DNA of 64,000 nucleotides, from NCBI RefSeq assembly GCF_001194135.2, contig NC_068986.1, forward strand, positions 45,354,893-45,418,892, read 5' to 3'. Below are positions 1 through 12,871 of the stretch, piece after piece (the first letter of the stretch is position 1; the number at the start of each line of letters is the position of its first letter). The notes under the pieces are model-generated. The model worked only from the letters and a program-made list of their open reading frames with translations, was not told the origin of the DNA and made no database searches. The stretch is from Octopus bimaculoides (taxonomy: Eukaryota). The position numbers were made by a program, and so were the translations under genes.

Positions 1-163
1 GATCAGTTGATTATGAATTTATTCGACCCATTCCCCTCTCAGATTCACACACTTATAGCAGCGGTCCTTCAGTTTAAGCTCTGTAAAAGAATTTGGAAGG
101 TTGGGCCTCCAACCAGGCCTTTTGTAATATCCTTCTAGCCAGGAACTTTTCTGCACCCCCTTG
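1..163 (-). mobile_element. Mariner-derived MITE, cut by the window edge
   Basis: Its reverse complement matches the element at 51640-51860. The TIR-like end GGAACTTTTCTGCACCCCCTTG is followed by TA (164-165). It carries the mariner C-terminal remnant KCVNLRGE. Confidence 0.7.
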
Positions 164-678
164 TAATGGATTTTAAGTTTGATATTTCAGATCACCATCA
201 TCAGAATTTTAACATACATTTTTTCAATGGTGCATGAGTCAGACAGAATTTGTCTGTCCCATGTTTCCAAGCAAGGTAATGTTTCCCCGTGGCCAGACAT
301 ATTGATAATGAGGGACTCTACTCAAATGATGGTGATGCTAGCTTACAAGTATCCATTGACATCAAGAGAAGGAAACACTAAGACACACATAAATGCATAC
401 ACACACACACACATATTACATATGGTATAATTATAAACAGGGCAAAGTTTAGCCATTTCTCTGCAAACTGAAAAAAATGAACAACCTTAATGGGTTCTCA
501 GCAGAGGCGTCCACATCATTCTGACAGTCTGCAGAGAAACAAGCAGCCAAACTGTTTATATACTCAACAAATGCAGTAGTTATTCTATGAAGGAGTCCCT
601 AATTTGCATACTGGAAAATGTTTAACATGCACACATACATATGTACATGTAAACTGGTACTTCATTAGTTATAACAGT

Positions 679-966
679 GAGGGTTCCAGTTGGTCTGATC
701 AATAGAACAGCCTGCTCATGAAATTAAAGTGCATGTGGCTGAGCACTCCACAGACACATGTACCCTTAATGTAGTTTTCAGGGAGATTCAGTGTGACACA
801 GAATGTGAAAAGGTTGGCTGTTTAAAGTACAGGTACTACTCATTTCTCCAGCAGAGTGAACAGGAGCACCATTAAATGAAGCGTTCTGCTCAAGGTCATA
901 AAGCACTGCTGGAATTGAACTCATGATCTTACAATTGGGAATTGAATACTCTAACCATTAAGTACC
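679..966 (-). mobile_element. tRNA-derived SINE: head/core D joined to the tail of family A
   Basis: 679-815 is the reverse complement of the 3' tail of the SINE at 3280-3669 (GAGTGCTCAGCCAC...ACTGGAACCCTC). 830-966 matches the core/head at 58870-59005 and 37870-37990 (GCTCAAGG...GAATTGAACTCATGATC...TCTAACCA). Confidence 0.7.
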
Positions 967-1084
967 TTCATAATACCCTAACCACTAAGCACCTTCATAA
1001 ACATACATATACATACATATATGCATACATACACATACATGTGTGTGTGTNNNNNNNNNNTGTGTGTGTGTGTGTGTGTGTGTG

Positions 1085-1255
1085 TTATACATATATGATG
1101 AACTTCTTTCAGATTCTGTCCACTAAATCCACTCACAAGGCTTTGGCCAGTCCGAAACTATAGTAGTAGACACTTGCTCAAGGCGTCACACAGTGGGGCT
1201 GAACCTGAAACCACATGATTGAAAAGCAAATTTCTGAACCACACAATGATGCTTG
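1085..1255 (-). mobile_element. SINE family C head, adjacent to its internal (TA/CA)n tract
   Basis: Contains CCAAATCCACTCACAAGGCTTTGG...TAGTAGACACTTGCTCAAGG, the reverse complement of the head at 30860 and 45362. Confidence 0.7.
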
Positions 1256-2335
1256 TGTCATTTAGTGGAAATAATAACCATTCCCTGCATTCTTTTATGA
1301 ACAGATATATAATTAAAGAACAAAAATATTAATGATGTCACACACTGCAGCAGTCCCTTGAGTTTGTGATAAGGCTGTTAATTGTTAAGCAGATATGTGA
1401 TGAATATTTCCTTAGATAGGGGTATTCATACATCACAGATAATGTTTAAAAAAAACTGGTGAAATTAGGTAATAATATAAAATTAAGTGTATAGTTCACA
1501 GACACAACAGAACATTAGTAATGAATTTGAATTATTTACCTATAATATGCTAGCAATCTAATATCATATCAACCTGACCACTATATACATGTATACACAC
1601 ACTCACACATTTATGATGGACTCTCCCACTGATTTTAACGCATGAGGATCTGACAACCTACACTTTCTTTGTCAGTCATAATGCTTTCTGTTAAACGTGA
1701 CATTTGAGTCCCGCCAATGATTTGCAAAATATGCAGATTATAGGTCAATGCAGGTGGTATATTTGCAACTGCTTTACTCCTTTGCTTTGCATTAGCCTGT
1801 TAATGTCTGGTCACTCTTGAGTGCTTACTGGTAACACATAATCCAGTATAACCTGTTGCACGGTTGGGTTGTTGGTAACTAAACTGCCAATCCCACTGAG
1901 GTTGCTTGGTGTGAAGGGTGGTTGTTGGACACCCTGTGCAGTAGAAAATAAAACCTGTCAAAAGGTAGAGGAACTTGTGTCAATGGCCACCCAACAATGT
2001 GTATATATTTATATACTGTCTGTCTTTTTTTTATATTTCTCACTCACACATACAAGTTTTTTCATCGCCCTTTAACATTTACTTTTCTACGCTTGCATAG
2101 GTCATAGGGAATTTGTTGAGGAAAATTTTCCACAGCTGGATGCCTTTCCTGTTGCCAACCTTTTTCAACTCTTTTCAAAGAAGAAACAAGGTAACATTTC
2201 CCCATAGTCAGATATGTTTTTCAAGGAAGACTGATCATTATCATTATTATTGTTTAACATCTGCTTTCCAAGTGCGTGTATGTATATGTGTGTGCATGTA
2301 TATATATATATATATATATATATATNNNNNNNNNN

Positions 2336-2366
<31 letters not shown>

Positions 2367-2503
2367 TATATGCATATGCACATATATATGCATACACACA
2401 CACATAAGAACATTGGGGTTTATTACCTAACTAGTCCCAGTTAAACCTCCCACCCCATCTGCTGCCCTATCACCTCTTTAACACTTTATGTCTATCATTT
2501 CTT

Positions 2504-2734
2504 ATTTCTTTATTGCCCACAAGGGGCTAAACATAGAGGGGACAAACAAGGACAGACAAAGGGATTAAGTCGATTACATCGACCTCAATGTGTAACTGGT
2601 ACTTAATTTATCGACCCCGAAAGGATGAAAGGCAAAGTCGACCTCAGTGGAATTTGAACTCAGAACATAACGGCAGAGGAAATACCGCTAAGCATTTCAC
2701 CGGCGTGCTAACGTTTCTGCCAGCTCACCGCCTT
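2504..2734 (-). mobile_element. SINE family B (tail T1), young copy
   Basis: The head AAGGCGGTGAGCTGGCAGAA and B-box-like GAGTTCAAATTCC lie on the minus strand. Flanked by an 18-bp TSD TTATGTCTATCATTTCTT (2486-2503 and 2733-2750). Near-identical to 28986-29223. Confidence 0.85.
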
Positions 2735-3279
2735 ATGTCTATCATTTCTTTCAATCCGATCTCTTTTTCACACAGGTTCTCTTCACTCTTCCTCATTCCT
2801 ATTCACTACAATACTGACAATATGACAATGGATCTCTACAATTCTCTGCACCATGCAGCTCATGTAACAGGGATGGTATCGGATCTATCTGGTTCTCTCA
2901 CCTCTGATATTTTTCACTTTTTCTACTATTCATAGCACTATCACCTATCTCCTCTTCACTCTACCTTTCTCCAAGATTAAGATGTCTGTCAGATAGCATT
3001 GGATATGTTCCATTGCTGCCACTCTTCTGTTATTCTCAATGCTTATCTGCATCCTTTTGTCTTAGTTCTCTCGTGTACTTACAAGCTTAATCAACTGCCT
3101 GGAATGTACAGACATTGTAGGGAAATAGAGACTCTCAAGACAAGATGTACAAAGAAACCTCACAGGTGGTGAATATCCATGTAGTTCCTCTACAAAATCC
3201 TACTCTTCCCAGATCTCTATTCTCTTCATCTCTTAGAATAAAGCTGACTCTAATACCTCATTGTTTGTTGTCTTGTGAG

Positions 3280-3669
3280 TGGAGGCACAATGGCCCAGTG
3301 GTTAGGGCAGCTGACTCACGGTCATAGGATCGCGGTTTCGATTCTCAGACTGGGCGTTGTGAGTGCTTATTGAGCGAAAACACCTAAAAGCTCCACGAGG
3401 CTCCAGCAGGGGATGGTGGCGAATCCTGCTGTACTCTTTCACCACAACTTTCTCTCACTCTTACTTCCTGTTTCTGTTGTGCCTGTAATTCAAAGGGTCA
3501 GCCTTGTCACACTGTGTCATGCTGAATATCTCCGAGAACTACGTTAAGGGTACACATGTCTGTGGAGTGCTCAGCCACTTGCACATTAATTTCACGAGCA
3601 GGCTGTTCCGTTGATCGGATCAACTGGAACCCTCGACGTCATAAGTGACGGAGTGCCAACAACAACAAC
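3280..3669 (+). mobile_element. Full-length tRNA-derived SINE family A
   Basis: Has an A-box TGGCCCAGTGG, a B-box GGTTTCGATTC and an (AAC)n tail. Flanked by a 13-bp TSD GTTGTCTTGTGAG (3267-3279 and 3670-3682). Other copies lie at 47760 and 48307. Confidence 0.9.
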
Positions 3670-4194
3670 GTTGTCTTGTGAGCTGCATGGCATCCTCACT
3701 AGTGCTGGTGGTATGAAAAATGCACTAATTACATACTGTAAAGTGGTTGGCATTATGAAGAACATCCAGCTATAAAAAAAAAACATGGTAAACACTGGAG
3801 TATGATGTAGTCTTTAGACTCATTGAATCCTGTCAAACTGTCAAATTTATGCCAGCATAGAACACAGATGTTAAATGATTTTACATGCATACACATATGT
3901 ATGATGTGGATAAGTTCTACCCATATGTCATACATCTCTGCACACAAAGTCGTTATATTCCTATATCCATTTATTATGGCCTACATTATGAATAGGGATT
4001 TTAGGAATAATTGTCTCTGTCTGGGCTATGAGATCTAATTTATGCTTCAATCCAATCTACAAAGCCAGACAATTTTGACACCCCTGCTCTAAACCAATTG
4101 AGGAGGGCAGTAACACTGAATAAGAACTGACTTGGAATGTGATGATGTGTTCAGCCCATGCTAGTATAAAAAGCAAACATAAAATGATGCCATA

Positions 4195-4255
<61 letters not shown>

Positions 4256-5850
4256 CATGCATATCTTACCCCAATTAATGTAAGCAAAGGATGTAAGTAT
4301 CACAAAGAAAAAAAAAATAAATAAAACTGGTGCTTTTTGAATGACATTCTTTGTAGTATTTTTCTTGTACCAGTCTAGAAATACTCCCTTGTGACATTCA
4401 CCATCAAAAATATAGTGAACCGGTGATTAATCCACTGGAAGTCTGTAATCAATGACGTTATCTACAGTTGTGAGATACAAATAAACACTGGGGTTGATTT
4501 CATTCACTGAAAATGGTGTATCCTAGGTTTCTTCAATTAAGGGAATATAGTTGAGAATCCTGAACATATCTTCTTCATGCTGCTTATGATTTAACACTGG
4601 CAATAGTATTATTGAGAAGAATAGCAATCCCAGACATTATTAGTTTTGAAAGACAATATTGGCCCAATTCCTTACAATACTGGAATTAACAGAATATATA
4701 TGGCACAAATTAACAGAATTAGGACAGTTACTTAACTTTTGATTTTGTAACTTTAAGGAGATGTGAGACTAATCTCTCTCAGGTTAAGATATAAGAGTAT
4801 TACTGGTAACTTCTCCAGATATTCTGTTATCTGTTTAAGGGAAACTGAGTTATGTCAAATTAAACATTCTACCCTTCACTTCATTTTATCTAATTAATGC
4901 TGGTGAAAATACTAACAATAGACACACAGCTTGTTTGTCTCTTATTTATTTATTTATTTATTTATAAAGAAATTATTAATTGACTGAAGGCGTTTCTTAA
5001 TTATGATGGTTGCTGCTTTACATTGAATACTAACCAGCAACTGTGTCTAGCTAGGAGTGACTCACAAATGATGCCATTCTGTCTAGCTTGCAGAATAATT
5101 CAATATTTCTGATGTTTTTTTTCTCTCTTCTTTTCCTATTGACATCACAAGAGTGTTGCTATGGAACTGGATGTATGTTTAAATATAATCAAGACCTTTC
5201 AACAATAGTGTAGGGACACTTGTTGGTCAACATATGATGCCTGTAACAAATAACTGTTCTTCATGTTATTTTCCATGTTCAGCAGTGAAGCAAAGAATGG
5301 ATCTCATATTGCAAAGATATTGATTATAAACCAAATTTATGCAACTGATAATTTTATCCTAAAGGGATTCAATAAGATGGCTATCACAAATAGCAAGAAA
5401 TTGTATTGTAGCCTTCAATAAGTCTTTTAATATTATTTGTAAATATCAAAGAAGAGATTTAAGTTATTCCTTCTATGGGATATTATAATTAACAATTGTT
5501 TTATTATTCAATATTGTATATTAATTGTTATGTGGTAGCATAGATGAAATGAGATAGCTTCCAAAAGGTCTGTATGTCCTTTCTTCAGCAAAAAATTGCT
5601 GATATTACTGAAGTTAGTGATTGCTATTTTTAGATTTTAAGCATCCCTAGAGAGTTTTGTCAACTAATTGCATGAATCATCTCGGTTAATTGAAAATTTT
5701 CACTATACTCTATAATAAACATGTAAAAACCATACAATGTTTATTTGTATTTATTATGCAGAATGCTTTTCTAAGATATTTTCCCTCAGCCCATCATTTT
5801 CATTCATGTTGATATATATAATCAGTATCATTACATTTCCCCAACTCTTT

Positions 5851-6430
5851 ATATCATCATCATCGTTTAATGTCTGCTTTCCATGCTGGCATGGGTTAGA
5901 CAGTTTGACATGGGGCTGGCTAGCACGGGTTGTCCAGGCACCAGCTGTCTGTTGAAGCAGGGTTTCTATTTGGATTGGATTTCTATTTGGGTTGGATGCC
6001 CTTCCTAACACCAACCACTTAACAGAGCGTGCTGGGTGCATTTAACCCATATACACCCATGGTTGCGTTTTCGCAACGCAAAACCTGCTCCTACTCGTTT
6101 GGACATGAACTCGCCAGGAAGCAGCTGACTGAGTATACGAAATGTTCAGTAGGTAGTCGACAACTGTAGCTAACAGTTGCATACTGTCCTTCTCTTCCAG
6201 ATTGTGAAAGCTTACCATAACATTTAATCTAAATACAGTGAAATTTTAAGACTTCATTGTTTTATGAGCATATATGGGTTAATGTGCCACAAGCACAGGT
6301 GCAATTGCGCAACACCAGCACAAGTACTTTTTAAGTGGCACCAGCACATGAAAGGACAAGCCTGTATGTGTGGAAGACAGAAATTTTATTTAGCTTGACA
6401 TGTCTCATCTAATATAGCAAATCGCCACAT
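5851..6430 (-). mobile_element. RTE LINE 3' end, interrupted by a piggyBac-like MITE
   Basis: (ATC)n-GTTTAATGTCTGCTTTCCATGCTGGCATGGG is the reverse complement of the RTE terminus at 8100-8150. The sequence resumes after the MITE at 6283. Confidence 0.75.
6042..6282. mobile_element. piggyBac-like MITE, family 1
   Basis: Perfect inverted ends TTAACCCATATA / TATATGGGTTAA, giving a TTAA TSD with CCC...GGG termini. The 233-bp body is CpG-rich and is inserted in the RTE 3'UTR. Confidence 0.8.
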
Positions 6431-6756
6431 CTCCCAGTTCATATATTAATGTTGATTTTTGGGTTTGATTTTGGTTGAGGTTAGCTTTGTCTTCGTAATT
6501 TACAAAGCTTTCCATGTTTGATTACAAATGTTATATATGTAGTATTAGACAGTTAATGTATATATTAACAAAATTTGGCTGAAATGGATGAGTGAGCATT
6601 TGGCCAATTGGATGCGCAAAGAGCCATGTTAGCATTGATTTGTGGGTTCGATTCTGGCTGGGGTTAGTTCATCATTTTTCAATCATTTGCTTGTATTTAT
6701 AAATTGTCACTTCAAATTGGAGAATAAAATATTATTATGATATGTTATTATACAGT

Positions 6757-6799
<43 letters not shown>

Positions 6800-6829
6800 C
6801 ATACATACATATACATTTAAGTGATGATA

Positions 6830-8150
6830 TATGCATGTCACTACCAGAACTAGAGAAGTTTCAGGTATGGAAGGAAGGTCTACAATCAAAGGACCTTAGA
6901 GTTAACCGAGCAAAAACCAAAGTCTTAGTAAGTAGGAAGGCAGATAAATCACAAATCCCTTCAGGTAGATGGCCCTGCCCGATCTGTAGAAAAGGCATAG
7001 GTAGAAACTCCATAAGATGTACCTGGTGTAAGCTATGTACACATAAGAAGTGCAGCAATACCAGAGGAAGGTTAACAGGGAAAATAGGTTTTGTGTGTGG
7101 AAGATGCTCTGGTACAATAAACACCAAAAATGTACAGAAAATAGACTCCATCAACTGCCAGGTGGCTAGGCTAGAGGAAGTAGATGGCTTCAGTTATCTG
7201 GGTGACCAAGTTAGTAGTGGAGGTGGATGCTCTGAGAGCATAGCGGTGAGAATAAGAATAGGCTGGGCAAAGTTCAGAGAGCTCCTATCTCTGTTAGCAA
7301 CAAAGGCCTCTCCCTCAGAGTGAAAGGCAGATTGCATGATGCCTGTGTGTGAACAACTATGCTACACGGCAGTGTAACATGGGCTGTGATAGCCAAATGT
7401 ACAATATCAGTGTGCATATATGAGAGAGTGTAAGCACCTTGAGAAAAAAGTTGGGCATAAGATGTGATGTGCAAGAGATGATTGTGCTGGTATGATTGTG
7501 TGATATGTATGGACAAAGTAGCTGTGTAAAGAAGTGTTGATCTCTAACTGTAGAGGGAACCTGTGGTAAATGTAGACCCAAGAAGACCTGGGGTGAGGTG
7601 GTGAAGCAGGATCTTCGAACTTTGGGTCTTGTGCAAGCAATGACTAATGACTGAGAGCTTTGGGGGTATGTTGTGCTTATCAAACCCTATCAAACTGAGT
7701 GAAATCGTGGTCATGGCAAATGCTGGTGTCACGTAACTGGCACCTGCGTCGGTGGGACATAAAAAGCACCTTTCAAGCGTTGGGCCTCACAGAGGCAAGG
7801 TGGCTGATACCAGTGGCATGTGAAAAAACACCTTTCAAGTCATGGGTCTCATGGAGGCAATGATTAATGACCGAGACCTTTGGCATTATGCTGTGCTTGA
7901 GAAGAAGACCCGTGAAGCCAAGTAAAATCGTAGTTATGGCAGATACTGGTATCATTCAAATGACACTTGTGCCAGTGGCATGTAAAAGCACCCATTACAC
8001 TCTCGGAGTCATTGGCATTATGAAGGGCATTCAGCCATAGAAACCATACCAGATCAGACTGGAATCTGGTGCAGCCTTCCAGCTTCCCAACCCTAGTCAA
8101 ACTGTCCAACCCATGCTAGCATGGACAATGGACATTAAATGAGGATGATG
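6830..8150 (+). mobile_element. 5'-truncated RTE-clade LINE (RT C-terminus, PHD-like finger, 3'UTR), decayed
   Basis: ORF 6742-7323 contains KDLRVNRAKTKV, C4HC3 motifs (CPIC/CTWC/HKKC/CGRC) and LEEVDGFSYLGDQVSSGGG..RIRIGWAKFRELL. These are typical RTE post-RT motifs. Frameshifted remnants of the RPKKTW..VVKQDLRTLGL end follow, then the 3'UTR and a GATGATG tail. Confidence 0.9.
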
Positions 8151-8329
8151 ATATATATATATTTTGGTAATTTCTAAGTCTTGTCAAGTGAGCTGAAGAG
8201 ACCTAACAAGACTAACATATCTAAAACTTTCATTTGTTGCCTTTAAAAGCAAAATCAATTTCCTTATTTTTCAAAACAAAGAAAACAAGCCAATTTAATA
8301 AGAAAATATGTTATTTTGAGCATCACAGG

Positions 8330-9130
8330 TGAAACTTTCAATTCTTTTACTGGCATTGCTAGCAATAAAAAGAAAATAAATATGTAACTTAGCAGAGAAA
8401 ATATTGTTGAGGTAGAGAAATGAGATCAAAGAAAATGCCTCTGTACCTGAGATATTTATCTCAGAGTGAGCAAGGACGAAGGTCACAGTATCTGTATCTA
8501 TGAAAATACAAGGTTATACTAATGCTCTTAAAGTGACAGCTGGAGATAAACCTCTCCAATATGTGGAGTCATATCTTCTGTATTGGTTACATAAGGCTTA
8601 TGTGACTAAATACCTGGTTTTCAAAATTAAAGAGACAGTGAGAAAGCAAGAGTAACATACACTTGCCCATAAATTATTACAACAATACAAGGGACAATGC
8701 AACATGAGGACCTGAGTGGAGAAGAATGGTGATGATGATAATTTTTGACACACTGTTACCTTTGTGGTACAGAACAAGCAAGTAGTGAGCTTTGAAGTGA
8801 CTAGAAATGACATGTAGCTGGGAGGAGTCATTACAGATATTAATGTTTTAATGACCTCCGAAGACTTCAATATGGCTATGGAAAGAAAAGCAATGAGACT
8901 GGTGAGGTAAGGCAGAAAGGTCAGCTGCAACTCATTTAACAGTAAAAGCCATTTGGGGGTTTTCTGTTAGAAAGAACTCAATAAACAGGCAAGAACATTA
9001 GAGACATCAACAATATCAAGGTACAGAAACTGCTCTTCTCAAAGCATCACTGAATTGAGATTTTGGAAATAGAAAAGATTGCCTTGTCCTCAGTCCCAGT
9101 AGCCAACAAGAAAAGACACATCTCTCCTAG
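8330..9130 (+). mobile_element. Highly degraded L1/Tx1-like endonuclease remnant
   Basis: Translation near 8821 gives DINVLMTSEDFNMAM, resembling the GDFN motif of apurinic endonucleases. Many stops; recognised by eye only. Confidence 0.3.
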
Positions 9131-9629
9131 CCATAACAAGCAGCACTACACCATTATCTTACAACCACAAAGAGGAGATGGACAATGAACAGGAGTAGTA
9201 GATTGCTAAGAATAGTAGAAAGAGTAAAAGAAAAAGGATAAAGACCACCAAAGTAAAAACAATATACTCTAAAGGAATGTGTGTAAAATGTGCATGTGTG
9301 TAGATGAACCCTTTCCCTAGAAAAGCATAAAGTTTACAATGATTTTGTATAGTAAATGCCAAACTTATACATTATTTTCAAATAAAATGCAAGGAGAGTT
9401 TGGTAAAGATCAAGTATAGATTTGTGAATAGATGGGTTCCCACCATGATGCTTGCAAGAGAGAGATTGCTAATAAGAATCCAATTAATTATCTTCTGAAA
9501 AGCAATTGCTTGAGGACATTTTGAGGACTAAACATTTCAAGTAAATGAATGCAGAAGGTGATAAAGGTCAAGGATATCATGATGAAATTCAGCAAAAGGA
9601 TTCTCACGAATGTGGCTGTGTGGGATGCC

Positions 9630-9820
9630 ATCAATTAGGCACATAAAAAGCACCTAACACACTCTGCAAATTGGCTAATGTTAGGAAGGGCATCCAGCTG
9701 TAGAAACCATGCCACAACAAACAATTTGGAGTCTGGACAGCTCCCTGGCTAGCCAGTTCCTGTAAAACAGTCCAACCCATGCCAGCATGGAAAATGGACA
9801 TTAAACAATGATGATAATGA
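9630..9820 (+). mobile_element. RTE LINE 3' terminal fragment
   Basis: Contains GCACATAAAAAGCACC...GGGCATCCAGCTGTAGAAACC...CCCATGCCAGCATGGAAAATGGACATTAAA followed by an ATG-repeat tail. Confidence 0.75.
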
Positions 9821-10264
9821 TGTCTCTGTAATCCCCTTTTTTGTAACACATTGTTGAACAGGCCCTGGTGATAAAATAAACAAAAGGTTTATTATTATTA
9901 TTAATATTATTATTATGATTATGTAATCGACTCATCTCCTCCCCAAAATTGCTGCCCTTGTTGCAAAATTTTAGATCAATATTATAATTATTATTATCTA
10001 GTAATAAAGTGGTGGCTGTGAGAACCACTAGAGCATAGGAGCAAATGCTTTATGGTATTTCTTCTGACTTTTCTGGTTCTGAAAATCCTACAGAGATCAG
10101 CTTTGTCTTTCATTTGTTCAGAGTAGATAAAATAATGGACCAGTCAAGTACTGTGGTCAATAAAATAAAGTATCAGTTGACTATTGGGGTGGGGGTCACA
10201 AAATATAATAATAGTTGAGCATTGAGCTCAATGTTATTAACTAAACCCCTTCCACATAGTAACA

Positions 10265-10445
10265 GTAGTGGCACCACCACCACCACCACCACCACCACAC
10301 ACACACANNNNNNNNNNACCACCACCAACAACAACAACAACAACACTAACACCACTACATAAGTAGTAATGGTGTCCCACTAAGTAGTAGTAGTGCCAAT
10401 ACTACAAGTAGTAGTAATAATAGTAGCAGCAGTTGCAGCATCAAC
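10265..10445. repeat. Compound trinucleotide microsatellite (ACC)n/(AAC)n/(AGT)n
   Basis: Directly visible; contains a 10-N gap. Confidence 0.9.
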
Positions 10446-10640
10446 AGCCTAGTTGTAGTTGAGAAGTTTTCCAAAGAATTAATTAACTGCCACATGCCTA
10501 CGGAAATAAATAATGAGTAGAGTAACAATTAGAGTAATAGTGAATTATATCATATAGGGAATAAATATCCTCAATGTTCAAGAGAAGCCGACAATAGGAA
10601 AACAAACACACACAAAAGAATTATTATTATCATTATTATT

Positions 10641-11100
10641 AAGGCAGGAAGCTGGCAGAATGGTTAGCATGCTGGGAAAAATGCTTAGCAGCATTTCATC
10701 CATTTTAACATTCTGAGTTCAAGTTCTGCCAAGGTCAACTTAGCCTTTCATCCTTTCGGGGTCAATAAAATAAGTACCAGTTGAGTACAGGGGTAAATGT
10801 AATTGACACCCTACTCCCCGAAATTGCTGGCCTTGTACCAAAATTTGAAACCATTATTATTGTTGTTGTTGTTGTTCAGGTGGCAAGCCGACAGAAGGAT
10901 TAGCATGTCAGGGAAAATGACTAGCAGCATTTTGTCTGTCTATGCATTCTGAGATTAAATTCTGTTGAGGTCAATTTTGCCTTTCATTTTTTCGGTGTTG
11001 ATAAAATAAGTACCAGTTATGCACTGAGGACGATGTAATCAACTAGGCCACTCCCACCAAATTTCAGGCCTTGTGCTTATAGTAAAAAAATTATTATCTT
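10641..11100 (+). mobile_element. Two head-to-tail copies of SINE family B (tail T2)
   Basis: AAGGCAGGAAGCTGGCAGAA...GAGTTCAAG...AATAAGTACCAGTT...GGCCTTGTACCAAAATTTGAAACC followed by (ATT)n. The unit repeats from ~10876. Confidence 0.8.
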
Positions 11101-11828
11101 CATTATTTACTACCTCCTAGTGAGTTTGTGAAAAGATGGGTGACTGTAGCAAAAATGGTTAGACTGAATGACCTAAGTAAGTGCTTGTAGATTGGAGAGC
11201 ATGAGGGAGGGCTTGTGCCATTGGTGGTCAAGGTAATACTGGATCTGAGTGGTTCCTTGATTGGCCCTAGCTGGAGTTTCTCCCATAACAGGAAGACTGC
11301 ATTATTCCTGTTGTCACATCCTTTGTATACCATTTCTCCATCTTTTCCACTTCTTTCTTCTCATCCTTTACGTAAATCCCCACACAAATTGTTGTCTGTC
11401 CTTGTGTTGTCCTTGTCTTCTATGCTCCAGTGGCTAATAAAAATATCATTGTTATTATTATTATTATTATTAATAGTTGATTTATTTGCTTATCTTATTA
11501 AAAAATAAGTAAAATTTGAAAAAAGAATTTTGAGTGGGTGATTTCAACACAAACATCTTTTGGTTTAATGTTGCTGAATCGACTTTAAAATAAAAATAGC
11601 AATATTAGTAATGAAACATTAGAAGTGTCTTTTAAGACTTCCTATTTAAGTTTGTTTTATTCCTACTTAAAAATACAGTGGTTAGTATCTAATAAACATA
11701 ATGGTGCCTTTCATGCTTGCACACACACCCAACAGTCCTAACACATGCATGTATGTATGTATGTATGTATGTATGCATGTGTGTGTGTCTAGCTATACAT
11801 ACATATACACACACACACACATATATAT

Positions 11829-11872
<44 letters not shown>

Positions 11873-11894
11873 GACAAAGATATATAGTACATAA

Positions 11895-12260
11895 TCATTT
11901 AAGGTTTGTTTTCCATGCTGGCATGGGTTGAGTGGTTTGACCTGGAGCTGGTAAGGCCAGGAGCTGTACCAGGCTCCATTGTCTGTTTTGGTATGATTTC
12001 TGTGACTGGATGCTCTTCCTAATGCCAACCACTTTATGGAGAGTATTGGGTGCTTTTTATGTGGCACTGACAGCAGTGCTTTTCATGTGGCACCAGCACT
12101 GAAAAGGTAACTTGCAAGACAAAAACCCCTCAGATAGGAGTGGGAGATTTAAGATATAGAAGGATAGGTGTCTTGCTGTAGAGTGGATACATGGATATCT
12201 CAGCTGGAATAGAAAGGAGGGTGAGTTAGAGCAATAGAGAGAGAAATGGCGGAAAAGATG
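11895..12260 (-). mobile_element. RTE 3'UTR fragment
   Basis: Contains TTTCCATGCTGGCATGGGTTG...GGATGCTCTTCCTAATGCCAACC...GTGCTTTTTATGTGGCAC; same family as 5851 and 40760. Confidence 0.7.
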
Positions 12261-12807
12261 TGCCAAGATATGCTCTTGAGGGATATTGGAGGTAGTGAGA
12301 ATAAGGGAGGTGATACAGAGGTTTGGACTAGGTGAGTGGACAGGATAGAAGTGACTGTGACAAATGACGGAATAAAGTATAGGAGAGGGCCAGCAGTTGA
12401 TCTAGTAAGCGGGGTGTCATAGTGTCATATCAGTGAATGGGGCCAGTACGCATTGATGTCGTCGAGGGGTAGGCCCTGAAATGGCACACATTCTCTCCTG
12501 ATGACCCCATACACTTGCTGGCTTCCGGTATGCGGAGTTCTCGACTGGTCTCACTTGCATGTGCAAAAAACATCAATCTCTATTCCCCTTAATTATTACT
12601 AATTTATTATTTCTTCTCTACCCCGACAACATACAGTCTCTATAGAGACATACAGATTTACTGATCTGAAGATCTACTGAGGAGTAAAATAAACTAACAG
12701 GAGTTTTTGTACACTCACTGAGGTTAGCCAGCATTATTAACCGGTAAAAGCAAATACAGTACCTCATAGGATTGTATATCTCTATCAACCAAACTTGGAA
12801 ATCTACC

Positions 12808-12871
<64 letters not shown>

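Noticed and set aside
3280-3360. tRNA gene (also at 48307 and 58940)
   Set aside because: A and B boxes are present, but there is no complete cloverleaf, and each continues into a multi-copy body with tail and TSD. These are SINE heads.
5282-5350. Possible selenocysteine read-through (TGA before KEWISYCKDIDYKPNLCN; also FE*D near 34045 on the minus strand)
   Set aside because: No selenoprotein homology, no SECIS seen, and in-frame stops are expected by chance.
12280-12560. Penelope/GIY-YIG remnant
   Set aside because: Only a SETSRELR fragment resembles the motif, with no GIY or YIG core. It is probably a repeat but not classifiable by eye.
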